Assembly: GCA_016748015.1 (NCBI GenBank)
Contig: JAAOMT010000519.1
Location: 140,046 to 204,045 of the forward strand
DNA: 64,000 nucleotides
DNA from: Geosiphon pyriformis uo1
Lineage: Eukaryota; Fungi; Glomeromycota
Direction: 5' to 3'
In this document: in pieces, positions 51,141-64,000 of the stretch
Layout: the number at the start of each line of letters is the position of its first letter
Numbering within the stretch: position 1 is the first letter of the stretch
Program-made: the position numbers and the translations under genes
Notes under the pieces: generated by a model
Told to the model about the DNA's origin: nothing
What the model saw: only the letters and a program-made list of their open reading frames with translations
Databases searched by the model: none

Positions 51141-53859
51141 GATTGGATGCAAGTTTTTTTTTTGATTTTTCTGATTTTTCTGGTTGAACGGTTCTCAAAA
51201 AATTTAATTAGGGTGTCGCTTTTAGCAAGTTAGCATGAACTGTAACTTGAGGCTGTAATCAGCATAAAAGGGGGTAAATTTTTGCCGTGAACGTCAATCA
51301 AGAATCTCCAAATCGCTGATGTTATGGATGTTTATTCTATTTGAATTATGTATGTAAAAAAGGCTTTTGTGTGTGTGACAAATACACGACGAGTTAGCTT
51401 TTTGCTGATTACCAGTTTCATCTTTTTAAGCTGAATATACAACTTATACACTTCCAAGTATAAATAGATCAGGCAAGTTTTTTTTTAAGGAAATTTGGCT
51501 AAAAAAATATTTAAGACAAATCAGCGGTTAGGCATTACGCTGTACATTAATGAGACTATAGAGGTATATATAAGGTAAAAAGGTATTTTGGTGAATGGAG
51601 ATTATGATAAAAAATATCATTGGTTCAAGTGAGAAAATGTCATACCTTCGCGCGTCTTATTCTCGCACGCAAATTTGGTTTGCTAACTATGCTACAATAC
51701 TCTATTGGCCACAATACCCCCTTTTTACCTTATATAAAGTTTCTTCGTCTTTACATTTTCCATTTAAAGTAATATTTGTGTCTGCCTATTTCTTCTTTTG
51801 GCTTTCCATTTATCCATTGAGCTATTATAATTAGAAAGCTGTTATGGACCTTCCAAAATTTTTTAAATAAAAATAATCATAGTGAAATTGAACTCAAGAA
51901 CAAAGGTTTTTTAATCAAATAATTTCTTCTTGGGTCAAAAGCAAAAAAATAAATATTCAAGGATTTTAAATAGATATATTTTGAGAATATTTATTGAAAA
52001 GTTAACAAAAATTAAAAATGTATAAACCTATTTGTTATTTCTCTTTTTACTTTCATCTTTAGCCGATGATAAGTTTTTTTTTTACAGCAAAAAAAGGGTT
52101 GTTTACCATTAACTTTTTGAAGCACTTATTGTATGAAGAGGTTGACATTATATTTTAATAAGAAAAATATACTCAAGATATCAAGTAAAGAAGAAGAAAT
52201 CCAATTGAAACTTACCTTTACATCTAATAATGTTGCTTTTAAAATTTACTTGTTCGTAAAAAAAAAAGTTATTTTAAAATCAAATCTTTAGATTTTATTA
52301 AGACTAAAAGATTTGAAGTCGAAAACATGCAAAATAGTTCTTAAGCTATTTAAGAAAACAATAACCAATAACTTTTGTTAAATGAGTATATAATCTTACT
52401 TATTGATTAAAACTTGATAAGTTTTGCCTTTTACAAATTACCTATTATATTCATAACCGAAATTTTAACTCTTAGAAATTTAGTTATAAATTGTTATTTA
52501 TTATTATTATTATTATTATGAAGCAAAAAAAAGAAAAGAATGTACTAGTAGAAATTTTCTAATATCCTATTAAACAACAAACCTATCATCTTTTTCTCAT
52601 TGTCTAATTAGTAAGATCCTTACAGAAAGAATGATAAGGATCACAGAATTACCAAAAAATTTTAAAAAATGCTAAGCAGCTTGTATGTTGTGAGGAATTA
52701 AATAAATCCAAGAAATGAAAGCTTTTGTAACAATTTTCCTATCTAATTGATTTTGTAGTACATAGATTGCGAATCACTTTAATAAAAAGCTAAATTAATT
52801 AATTTTATGTAACCATTCTGAAATTTTTTGAAAGATGTGTTAAATCAGACATTTTTTACCAAATCAATGAAAAATAGGGCAAATTCGGACTTTCTCTCAA
52901 CCGAATTAATCTTCTTTTGGAACAAATTTGTACCAAACTATTTTCTATTGTTTCAAAGCTGTTTTTAAAAAATTGCAGCTTAATGCTAAATTGTAAAAAA
53001 TAAGTTGTTGATTCAATAAAAATGATTTGAAAAATTTTTAAATTTTAATTCAAATTATTTTTACATCGTCAAATAAAGCTATTTTTTTAAATTAATTGTG
53101 CTAGCTACTAGTCAGTTTTATTTTAAATTAAATTTTTTCCTTTGATAATTTATGGAATTTTTCTTAATAGGTATTTCAACTTATTACCAAATTTTATAGT
53201 TTAGTCAATTTTCAATGTTTTTTTGGTGGCAGCTTTATATTTTGTTATGTTTCTTTTATAATTTGATAATTATGAAAGTCTTTTTTCTAGATACACTTTT
53301 TCATAATTCAATTTTATTAGCAAAATACTTTAAATCAAAAGTCAAATTAGTATAAAAAATAATACCGAAATTATTCAAAAATAAATAAAAAGCCAATGTT
53401 ACTTACAGAATAGGGCTATTGTTTTAAATTAACTTAATTACATTAATAATCGTAATTTTTTGATTATCAATATTTAAATATTGATCTTTAGCAAGCATAA
53501 ATAGTTTTTACTAAATTAAAAGTTCATCTTTAAACTTTCTTTTTTAAACTACCATTTTCAATATTCTATCTTGAATTTTATTCATTTTATTACCAAGGAA
53601 ACTTCTTCCCAGAAAACTTTATCAAAGTCTTACATAGAGATCCTAGTGCAACACTGAAATTTGAAATGAGTTAAGACGACATCTTTGGTCAAAGATAAGC
53701 TACTGTATCTCTTATTTATTTCTAAAAGTTTATCTATATGGGATTGCATGAAATTAATTACACACAATAAAGTTTTTTGCAATCCAAATTTTTTATATAA
53801 ACACGGTAAAGGTTTTCCAGTAGTTCCAACTTTTTTCCCTATAAAATAATAATTAAGCC

Positions 53860-55065
53860 ATGAATAGCACTCAACTTGATATCAATACATTTTTACCAGC
53901 ATTTAAAAATACCACCTCTGTAGACATCAACACCCTGTATTGCTATCTTTTTACAGGAGATGTTATAGCCTTTGTAGTCCGCGCTAAAGTAACAATTTTG
54001 ATGGAAGCCTTTCCACCACTTGCTATGGGCGTAGTATCGCTCTTTGCTCTGAATTTGTTGCTGTTTTTTGGAAAATTAAATCGGTACGAAATCTTTGATT
54101 TTCGAGATTTTCGATCCAGGTATATTTTTGCTTGAAAGTTCAACTCTTCGCTTTTTTACATGTTTTTTCTATAGAATCATAATGATAAATATCCTGGCGG
54201 GATTTGCCTACTCCACGGGCGGAATTCTCTTGATAATATCTTCATTTCAAACAGATTATTGCGCCATTGTTCAAAACGGATTTTGGAGTGCATCTCTCGT
54301 GCTGACAGGCCAATCATTTTATTTGGTTGGCCTTTTTTTCATGATGCTCTACCTTTACGTACGCACCCAAGGATTAATTCCTTTAGGAAGCCCTATAATT
54401 CAAAAGATTATTAGAGGAGGCTTAATTTCTTTGATTTGCGGAGTGACAGTTTTTACTGCACTTACCATGTGAGGGAAATTTTGAAATTATTTTAAAAAAT
54501 CATTTTCATGTACAAACTTTGATTTACAACACTAATCACTTTACATCAGGTTCTGGAAGACAGAAGTCGTAAAATTTGGAAATAACTGGAAAACTATTTT
54601 CAATGATCCCAAAACCAATGAACGATTTTTCCAAATTACTATAGCATTAAACCTGATGTTCGATGTCATTTGCTCAATTATACTGATTTTGAGAATCAGA
54701 CAAGTGTCAAAAAATTCCAATGGGCATATAAGTAGAGTGATAAGACTCCTTTTGCAGACTAGTGAAACACGAGTTTTGCTTTCCTTGGCCATTGGAATTC
54801 CAAATATAGCATTGAATATGGAGAATGCAGTATTGCAAGATCCATTAATTGGAGCAATCACATTTGGGTTAGCCGCATGCCAATGGGGTAAATTTTCATT
54901 TGATAACAATGTTTTTTGTTTGGGAATTTCGTATTTTGCTCTAATTAATTAATGAAATTTCTTCCTAAATTTTTTGTGACAAAAGCCGTCAACAATGCTG
55001 ATTCTATGATTTTACTGCTTGCACCTTTTCAAAAAGGCGTTTCTTACAGTATCTCTAAAAGTTAA
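53860..55065 (+). CDS. Orphan 7TM (GPCR-like) membrane protein, ~311 aa
   Basis: Phase-consistent exons 53860-54083, 54175-54468, 54550-54887, 54986-55065. About 7 hydrophobic segments, N-terminal NST/NTT sequons, Cys at the start of TM3, basic loop after TM5. TATATAAA at ~53794. Confidence 0.75.
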
Positions 55066-57844
55066 GAAAACTCGTAAGAGTAAAAAATTCAGCACAGTAC
55101 GCATGTATAAAAAGTTTTTAATTTATAAAACTGTTTAAGCATATAATTTTTTTAAAACTCTATCATATTTTATACTTTCTTGTGTACAATAGACAATAAA
55201 TAATATTCAATTTTATAAATTTTATAAATCGATCAATATATCAAAACTCTTTTTGGATCCAATGGCCAAAAAGATAATAATTTTCTTGAAATTTTTTTAT
55301 TCTTGTGTTTGTTGTGTCAACATTGATAAATGTAAAATTGTTTATTAATATTAATAAATATTCGTATTAAAACAATTTTCTGAAAAAAGTGAAATAAATT
55401 AAAGCTATTATTTTTATGCATGCAAAAAATATAATTAATGGCAAAAAATAGATATATTATTGTTACGGTCAGATGTAACACGCTAACGGATAGCAAGGGA
55501 GAACAGTATTGTAAGGTGATAAAAATAATCAAAGGGTAATTCAATTTTAATGAGGGAATTGAATTAGTAAGGATTCAATATGCGAGATCAGTCTCATAAA
55601 TATCTCAGTCGTTATTCTTTTCAAAAGATAACAAGAAAATCTGAAGGCAGAGGGATAGCTCGTACTGTCAACAAAAGATAACACACTGGTATAATTCCAT
55701 GCCTTATGTTGGTGCTCTTTGAATTCAATATCAGATATTAATTATACTTTTCAGTAAATGTTTATTCAATATACTTCACAAAAACTAACAATTATACAAA
55801 TCAAGAAAAGGAAAGGGAAAAGAAATAGTGAGAAGGAAATAAAGGAATTTGATATCGTTGTATTGATCTTTGCTTTGAATGAATTTGATTTGAATGTGAA
55901 TGAACTTCTACAGCTTTGGAAAGTCTCGTTTATATACTCTTAAAAAGGATCAATGATCAGATCAGTGATCACATCAACGAATCGGTCAATGATCACATCA
56001 ACGACTACTTCTAAAAATAGGGCGGCTAATTAATAATATCAGTGGCTAATACACGTAACTAACTATGGCTAAGTAGATAAATAAAACTAGAAAGTAAAAG
56101 TTTCAACTGTAACATTATGGTAATTTTAAATTAAATCATGTTTCAATGTCTAATCGGTCTTTGCATACTCTAAATTTACAATTATTTTTCAATTAAACTC
56201 GTAAAACTTAGATAAGAAACATGTAACAAAGATTAAACAAACCAATTTTTGATAATCATTGGCAATTTTAACAGGGGTAACGATCTAAAGCACATCTATC
56301 GTAAAGCCAAGAAAATTTTTTCAAGAAACTTTCTTGCAGTAATCAATTGGCTGTCCAACAGTCTCGACATAAATCTTGATAAAAAATCTGTAGGAGTATA
56401 GTCATTGAGAATTTAGAAAAACAGATACATTAAAATTTATTAAAATTGGTGTATTTTATGATGGAAGGTGGAAACAATGTTGTAGTTAAATGAGTAAGTT
56501 TATGAAAGAAAATGTAAATCAATTATTTAGAATAAATTTCTTATTAAAGTGCCTACTAATCAAAACTCATGACTCATGCTTTTTAATAATACATTAAAGT
56601 ATGTGATTAGTACAATCGGCAATTAAAAGATTCAGAATTTTTATTACATACTGTAGATAAAATAAAAAACTTTTTTAGAATTTTATAAAGATTGATGTTA
56701 TCTAATGTATTTACATTAAAAAAATTTTTTAAAGTTTATTATGACTTTTAATTAAAATCTCATTTGATTTAATCAAATGAGATTCACAATTATAAATTTG
56801 ATAAACAAAAAAACACAAAACTTAAACTTGAAAAATATGTTAACAAATCTTAATAAAAATTTTTGATATATTGAAATAAATGTCTTGGAAAAACAGCTTA
56901 AACTTTTTGATAAAAATTTTTATTATTAAAATTACAAAGTTTTTGAATTAATTATAGTTTACTCAAATAACTCAAATAATATTATGAATATGAAAATTCG
57001 TTTTTTCAATATCTATTTTGTAAAGAATTTTATATTTATCAAATTAAAACAAAACATATAAACACTAAGATCAAATTTCAATTGATGTTATTTATATGGA
57101 TTGATTTTTTTTCGGTTTCAAAAGTTATTTTTTCTATTGAAATCTTCAACTGCTTGTGGCTCCAAACGTCAAAATAAAAAGCAAAAATTTGAAACAATCT
57201 TTATTTTCAAAAAAGTCATGTATCATTGTATTCGGTATTATGAGTAAAAATTGTTTGCTTTCAAAATATATTACTTATGAACTTCAAAAATTCTAGAACT
57301 GGTTTTTTAGAAAACTAAAAAAGCACAATTTTGAGGAAGTATAATATTTAGTTTGATTAACCAAAATCATTGATCTAAAAAATATAATAGTATTTTTTAA
57401 AATGGAACTTCAACTTCATATTACAAAGTTAGAATTAATTCTAACATTGTAATATATACATAAATCAAAAAGACAAATTTTAAAAAACAATTTGAAAAAT
57501 AAATTTTTTTATTATATTATAAAGTACAAGATATTATCTAAAATCTAAAAAGTTATATTTAATAAATATTGCAAGCAGTATAATATTCTTCATTATTATT
57601 TTTCCAATTAATAATTTCCTATGGTCTTTTTTATTAAAATAAAATTTTGCATAAAGAAATTTATATTTATATTTGATGTTAATATTTAATAATTTAACCT
57701 TTAAATATTGAATTATCTTTTATTAATAAAACACAAGACAATACCCCAGTTTTGAGCAAATACAAAATTCTCTAATTAATTTAATTAAAAAATTTTACTT
57801 CTTGGATAAGTGTGAAAAGTTTATTTACAGAATATTTATTATTT

Positions 57845-57852
<8 letters not shown>

Positions 57853-57913
<61 letters not shown>
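57853..57913. repeat. (ATT)n microsatellite
   Basis: Read directly from the sequence. Confidence 0.95.
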
Positions 57914-58483
57914 GAAATTGAGTAGAATACTAAAAAGAAAAATCTTAAGCTAAATCTGGTTAAGGAATTAATTTTTAATCAATAATATTCTTAATACATA
58001 TATTATTGTGCAAAAAACTTAATATCGAACTAAAGAATATTCTCTGCTGTTAATATCGTTTCCTGAAAATATTCAAGTAAAAACATTTTCAGAGTTTGAA
58101 ATTTCGTGTGAAAATATTTAAACATTTGACCCAGAAAGGTACTAAATGACTTTCTACTATTCGAAAACTTGATAAATGAAGAAAATTTTGAGGCTTGTTT
58201 GTTTCGGGCACATTTTTTTTGTTTCAAATTCTTATTAATATTTGGATATTTGGTAGATCATCACAAATTAAATTAGTAGCAATCTGCCTAATTTAAAACC
58301 AGTTATTCAAACTACATGTATTTGTTTGCGGTTTCGTTCCTTCGGATGGAGCTTTTCTTCTAAAGGATGTGTTCTTGGAACACTTGATAACTTTTAATCA
58401 GTAAAGCATATTACATGTTTTTTGGCGAATAATTCTCCAAAATATCTTTCATTCAAACAAACTTGATTATAGTAATATTTACG

Positions 58484-59901
58484 ATGCAGTGTCTTCCACC
58501 CTTGCTTGATCCTAATTTTACAGAAAAAACAAATAGACGGAAATATATATTTTTCTTCTTTACAACAATAATTTTTCTCAATTATCTGAGCCTTATTTAT
58601 GACTCACAACGAAAAGACTTTTTAAAATCCCTGCACACACTCTCTGATAAGAAATTAGAACAATTTAAGACCAGTAGAAATTGGATCCAAGAAAATAATT
58701 TCCTAGCAGTAGCAAATTTTTCTCAAATTAGACCTATTTATACGTGGCAAAAATTTTCCTGGGACATGCTACATTCATCAAAAAATTTGTCGAGTCTAAG
58801 AAAGAGAGGATATCCAGCCATAAAAAGAAAATTGGAGGATCCTATAGCATTACAAAAAGTTCAAGTTGCTGCCTGGTATGCCAGTTTAGCTTATTGTCTA
58901 GACAATTCTAATTTAGTGGCTTCAGGGATTCATGGTATAAAAAGCTTTGTTTTTTACATTTTCAAAGATTTACTGCATAAAAAAGGATTATAAATAATTA
59001 TTGAAGTATTTATTTTTGGGTTTTTAGCTTCTGCTTTAGTTGATAATGACCAAATTATCGTATTTATTCGTGGTGAAGAATTTAATGAGAGAGATTGGTT
59101 GCAATTACCTATTGTAATGACAGACTATCCATATGGACGAGCCAAAAAGGCTAAAGTCAATGAGTTCTTTTATAAAAAGTTTCAAGCCACAAACAACCAC
59201 TTTTCTAATACCCTAAACAGCTACATAATAAACTCGAAAATAATAACTGGAGTTATCTTTGTTGGACATAGTTTGGGTGGTGGTAGGTTGTAAAGATTTT
59301 TTCAGTGATTCTAAAGTTTCATAGGCGGTTGTCAATTTTATTCAAAAATAACCTTTAATATATTTATTTTTAAAGTTTATGCAATGTTTGCAGCCCATGA
59401 ATTCTGGAAACTAAGAAATCGCAGTAATTTAGATATACAGGTTTTTACATTTGGACAAGCAAAAATTGGAAATCGACAATTTGCACAAATCTTGAATCAA
59501 GCTCAAGGCTTGAATCAAGCTCAATATATCAAAGTACGAGTGACGCACACGAATGATTATGTTTCTCAGTTACCAATGAGTCATATTGACTATAATTATG
59601 CCCACACTATGATCGAACTTTGGATTGAGTCTGATTGTGATTGCAAAGTACCGGAAGCATTTTTATGTAACGGACCAATGGTAAATTTTCCAGATGGATC
59701 TTTTCAGAGGGAAAGTGAGGTGTGTACAAAAGAAAAGCTTTTTTGGCAGAGCTTAAAAATAATTTTTTATTAATTAATTTTAATTAGGAATGTAATCTGA
59801 GAAAGCAAATTCAGCCGAGCTTTGATCCACACAATGGCCCATATTTTGGGGTAGAGATGGGTTACTGCTCTATAAAACCGCCCCCATGGTTAGATATCTA
59901 G
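58484..59901 (+). CDS. Class-3 lipase with an intact Ser-Asp-His triad
   Basis: Exons 58484-58934, 59028-59282, 59376-59719, 59788-59901. N-terminal TM/signal, LRKR propeptide site, WYASLAYC, FIRG, FVGHSLGGVYA, FTFGQAKIGN, HTNDYVSQLP, DPHNGPYFG. Confidence 0.92.
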
Positions 59902-60256
59902 CATTGGAGACATTCGATACTCAAAAGTAGTTAAAGGGAAATTTTTCCACAAAAATAATATCTCTCTTAATTCAGCCCTCTTTTTTATTTAAAGCCTATC
60001 AGAATTGAAAAATATCCGGAATTTACCATGATTTGTGCAATTAATCCGAAAAAACACATTTCAAATATCTGTTTCGCATTTCCAGATCGACGTCAATATT
60101 GTATGGTTGTATGCAAAAACATATAAAATATTTGGTTGAAAATGATTAAACCTGTGATTTATTAAAATATCGGTACAATTTCACAGCAAAAAAATAGGAA
60201 TTTTGATATTCTTGACTCTGTTCCAAAGCACAAGAGTTAAATGAGTTTATTAAAGG

Positions 60257-61641
60257 ATGGTTATTCAAGATTTCATTAACTCGGAATTTTTAGCTGAAAA
60301 ACAAAGGAAACGAATTTTTTTTTGGCTTGCTTACATTCTCGCTACCATAACTTTTCTCTTGAATTGGACAATTTTTTCAAGATTTATGTTCTCAAATCAG
60401 CAAGATAATAATATCACTAATAAATTGCAAAGGCAAATATATCAATCAAAATGTAAAGCGATCCTCAACCCTGCAAAAAATTTACAACAAAAGAAAATAC
60501 CTTTCAGTTATTCATTTTCTAGAAATTTTTCCAAAAGTCTCAGCAGTTCCAGAACCAATTCTATAAAGGACATAAAGCGAAATTTTGGAGTGGCCAAGGA
60601 ACTTCTCAAAGAAGTCGGTATTTTATCTACCCTAAGAAAATACGCGTGGTATGCGAGTTTAGCCTACTGCCTCGATGAAGACAAAGGCTTTCAAATACAA
60701 TTTGACAAGGGCACGAAAATTTATGGTACGAAATTTCAACTAAGCTTTATATATTTCACATTTTTCAAAGAATTTCAACTTTCTGTTCTTGCTAGCAAGT
60801 TACCTCGCAGAAGAACATTATCTTATCATTTTTATTCGTGGCAAGAAAATGAGGAAATATGATTGGCTCACTATGCCAGTTGCTTGGATGGATTATCCAA
60901 TAGCTGGAGATGGAGCTAAAGTTGAAAAAGAACTTTATACAACATATTTGTCTACCAGATCTAAAATAATCGAAATAACCAACAATTTAATGAATAGTCC
61001 GAATACTGATATTGTGGGAGTCGTTTTTGTTGGACACGCTTTGGGTGGTGGTGAGTAATATTTTTTACAAATATTAAAATTAAGGAATTCATTAATTATC
61101 TTACAACTTTTTTAGTATATGCAGTTTTTGCAGCATTGGAATACTACAATCAATTGAACCCATTATACAAAACTGTACAGGTGTTCACTTATGGTCAACC
61201 TCGGATAGGAAACAAGAAATTTGCCCACTACATAAATGAAAATAAGAATTTATTCGTTTTTCGCGTGACCTACAAAGATGATTATGTTCCAAGGCTACCA
61301 ACAAATATCAATATGGAAGCTTTCATGCATTATTCCCCTGAATATTGGATCGCGCAAGATGATTGTGAATGCAACAAAGTTCAAGTTTTTCGTTGTCTTG
61401 GGTCTGTTGAAAATGAAGGTCAAGTTGCTTACCGCGAAGAGGATCAGGTGTGTAAGCTTTTAATTATTAATACTAATAAAAGAAACAATTACTGAGTAAG
61501 GACTTATCAAACGGAATTTGTCTACTTTAGAACTGCAATGCTCAATTTAACTTACCAAATCTCAACTCCAATTGGGGTCCTTATTTTGGCACAGAAATGG
61601 GCATTTGTTCTGATAAACCACCATCATGGTTGGCAGTTTAA
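60257..61641 (+). CDS. Class-3 lipase-like paralog lacking the catalytic Ser and His (pseudo-lipase)
   Basis: Exons 60257-60725, 60796-61050, 61116-61447, 61531-61641. WYASLAYC, FIRG, FVGHALGGVYA, FTYGQPRIGN, KDDYVPRLP, and NSNWGPYFG (His replaced by Asn). Confidence 0.92.
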
Positions 61642-63657
61642 AAAAAAATTCTAAATATAATAGTTGATGATGATAAAAAAGCTTTTAAATTTGGAAAGTC
61701 TTAATATTGTCATACCTTTCAAGAGGAAGAGTGAGAAATTTCAATTCACTGTTAATTATTGATTCTCATGTCCACAATTTTTTCTTGTAAATACCCATCC
61801 TCTTCAGCCTCAAAATTCTTTAGCTCAGTCGTATGTATCTTAATATATAAAATAAAGAAGTTGGGGTAATGATAATACGGCCATAACTTTGCACTATACT
61901 TTTCTCAATGAACTTTGATTCCTGCCAATCATTTTTTTAACTCTTAAATTGAAATATTCAAATTTACAATTAGAAATTATTTTGATCACTAAAACTTAGG
62001 TGTACTTGAACAACCCCAATTATATTACAAAATTTTATTTTATTTCATTATCAAATTATTTCATAGTTTAAATTATTTTGCCATATCCCTTCTTTTAAAT
62101 AAATTATTATTAAATTTATTAAAAAACATTTACAATTAAAATGTAAAATTAAAACTGTACAATTTGTTATTATAATCTATTTTGTGTCAGAAATTGGTTT
62201 TAAATTATTTTTAGAAATGTTTCTTTTGTTATAATTCTTAAAATAAGTAACAAAAGTATTACAATAAAAGTGTTTCAGCTGGACATTATAATTTAAAAAA
62301 TTATAAAAATATAGTAAAGATTTATTATCTTTATTAAAAAATAAATTACCTTGAAAAAATAATTATGTTTCATCATATTAATTGAAAAAATATAACATTT
62401 AATTTTTACTAAATTTATAACTTATCTATTAAATTATAATTAATATAATAATTCTACTATTTTTTAATAAAAATCTTTCCAATCATTAAACATCTTAATA
62501 TTACAATTATATGTAACAATATTTTTTAAAAAATTGACAAGCTATAGTTAGCAAAATAATTTTTTTATTTGGTTGTAGGTTTTTATGGTAATTTCATAAG
62601 TGATAATTATTTTCTCAATTTTTTTTTGTATTATTTAATTTTTTGAATATTAGTATTATTATGTAAATTATATCAAAAAATTTCAATGAATGATTATTTT
62701 TTTTATAATAAAAATTATTTTTTTTATAAAATAAAATGATTTTTAAATCAAAATTTATTGTTCTTATTTTTTCGTATAAGTAAAATAAATAATTATCCTT
62801 TGATTTAAATTTAATAAAATAATAAATCTTAGAATAAATAGTTAGATCTATAAAATTTATAATATTTTATATTATATAATTGGCTTAAAAAGCTGTTTAA
62901 ATATTCATATAGTGTAAAAATATGTTATCAAACTTTTAAAAAAAAGAGTGTTAAATATTCTGTTTAATTTTGAATTAGTTATTTTGAAATAGTGCTTATT
63001 TATTGCTGTTTACCAATCATTTAAATGATAACAATTAATAATATATTTACAATTTCTATTTCAATCAGAACTTTAGTAAGAAATAAAATATTGTTTTTGA
63101 ATAAAGATATATGTATTCAAATTAAAGACCGCATGCATTGTGATGAGAGAAAATTTTGCTTTTAACACATGATTGTTGACCGTCCGAATCTTACGTTTAT
63201 AAGTAATAATTTTTTTGATAGAGAACATGATATAATCGTTGAAATGTTCTTTGAGCACATGAGCACTTAGTTTCCGATACCGAGAGTTATAGTTATTGGG
63301 CGTGACTCGAAGATTATCTTTTTTGAATCAAAAAATTTCACGGAATTTAGTTATCAAATCTGATATAATATCAACTGATACACTTTTCCCACAATGAACT
63401 AACATCTATTAAAGATTTCCCAATTTTCATATTATGGGGGTAAACAAAATAACGTTTCACAAAACTAAGGTATAGTAAATTTCAAGCGATCTGTATTCTT
63501 CCCACCCGTTCTGAACTTTGAGAAGAAAGAATATCTATATGAAATTGCAAAATTTAGAGTTTACCAAAATCTAGAGATCGTTGACAGCATATCACATATC
63601 ATTGTGGAAATTTTGAAGGCTCAAAGTCTTTTATAAACCTGTTTAACTTCAAACGCA

Positions 63658-64000
63658 ATGGTAGAAAATATAAAATCCAAACATAAAATTTTTATTCGAC
63701 GATCTCACAACTATCAAAATTATTCTGTCTTGCACACTATTATCTTCATTTATTTTCTCGGTGTTTTTTCACAAACATCAGCCTATATAATAACAAGAAA
63801 GGATGATGTTTTTCTTAAAAGTAATTTGATCGATAAAGATCTTCAAGTACCAGATAATTCAATTTTCCAGGAAAATGACGGTTATGCTGAAGAGATGTTG
63901 CATGAAAGTCCTCTCGAGATGCAAAAGACTAAGGATGACTTGAACTACGATCTTCTTTCAGATTCTGATTACATCATCTCACAGCCTAACTTTGGAATAA
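63658..64000 (+). CDS. 5' part of a gene with an N-terminal hydrophobic segment, truncated by the window end
   Basis: Open frame from ATG 63658 to the window end: MVENIKSKHKIFIRRSHNYQNYSVLHTIIFIYFLGVFSQTSAYIITRKDD..; not in the supplied ORF track because it has no stop. Confidence 0.6.
   Translation, partial: MVENIKSKHKIFIRRSHNYQNYSVLHTIIFIYFLGVFSQTSAYIITRKDDVFLKSNLIDKDLQVPDNSIFQENDGYAEEMLHESPLEMQKTKDDLNYDLLSDSDYIISQPNFGI

Noticed and set aside
1-64000. tRNA/rRNA genes, prokaryotic operons or defence systems
   Set aside because: None recognised by eye; the window has spliceosomal introns throughout. tRNAscan-SE/Infernal would be needed to exclude small ncRNAs.

Overview
Eukaryotic, very AT-rich, intron-rich fungal DNA. 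Short (mostly ~70-110 nt) GT-AG introns, TKL/Sel1 kinases and several class-3 lipases suggest Glomeromycota or another early-diverging fungus; the lipase expansion is reminiscent of Geosiphon/Ambispora, which is inference only. By manual splicing I can support about 18 protein-coding genes: an MLKL/HeLo-like + pseudokinase + Sel1 protein, a 7-exon small HSP, a 6TM Kv-like K+ channel, a low-complexity membrane protein, three class-3 lipase paralogs (two without the catalytic Ser), two Cys-rich secreted proteins, a CAT-type amino-acid permease, a small TM/Cys-motif protein, an intronless TauD-like dioxygenase, a 4TM protein, a LaeA-like methyltransferase, a fully degenerate TKL pseudokinase, an orphan 7TM protein and a partial gene at the right edge. 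There is also a deleted Tc1 element, a pogo/Tigger-like MITE, microsatellites and an 800-N gap. The most notable signals are the active/dead lipase set, a probable non-canonical GA-AG intron in the permease, the MLKL-like pseudokinase-Sel1 architecture, a GATA-site array upstream of the Fe/2OG dioxygenase, and an inverted repeat carrying two AP-1/Gcn4 sites. All gene models are hand-spliced and need RNA-seq confirmation.
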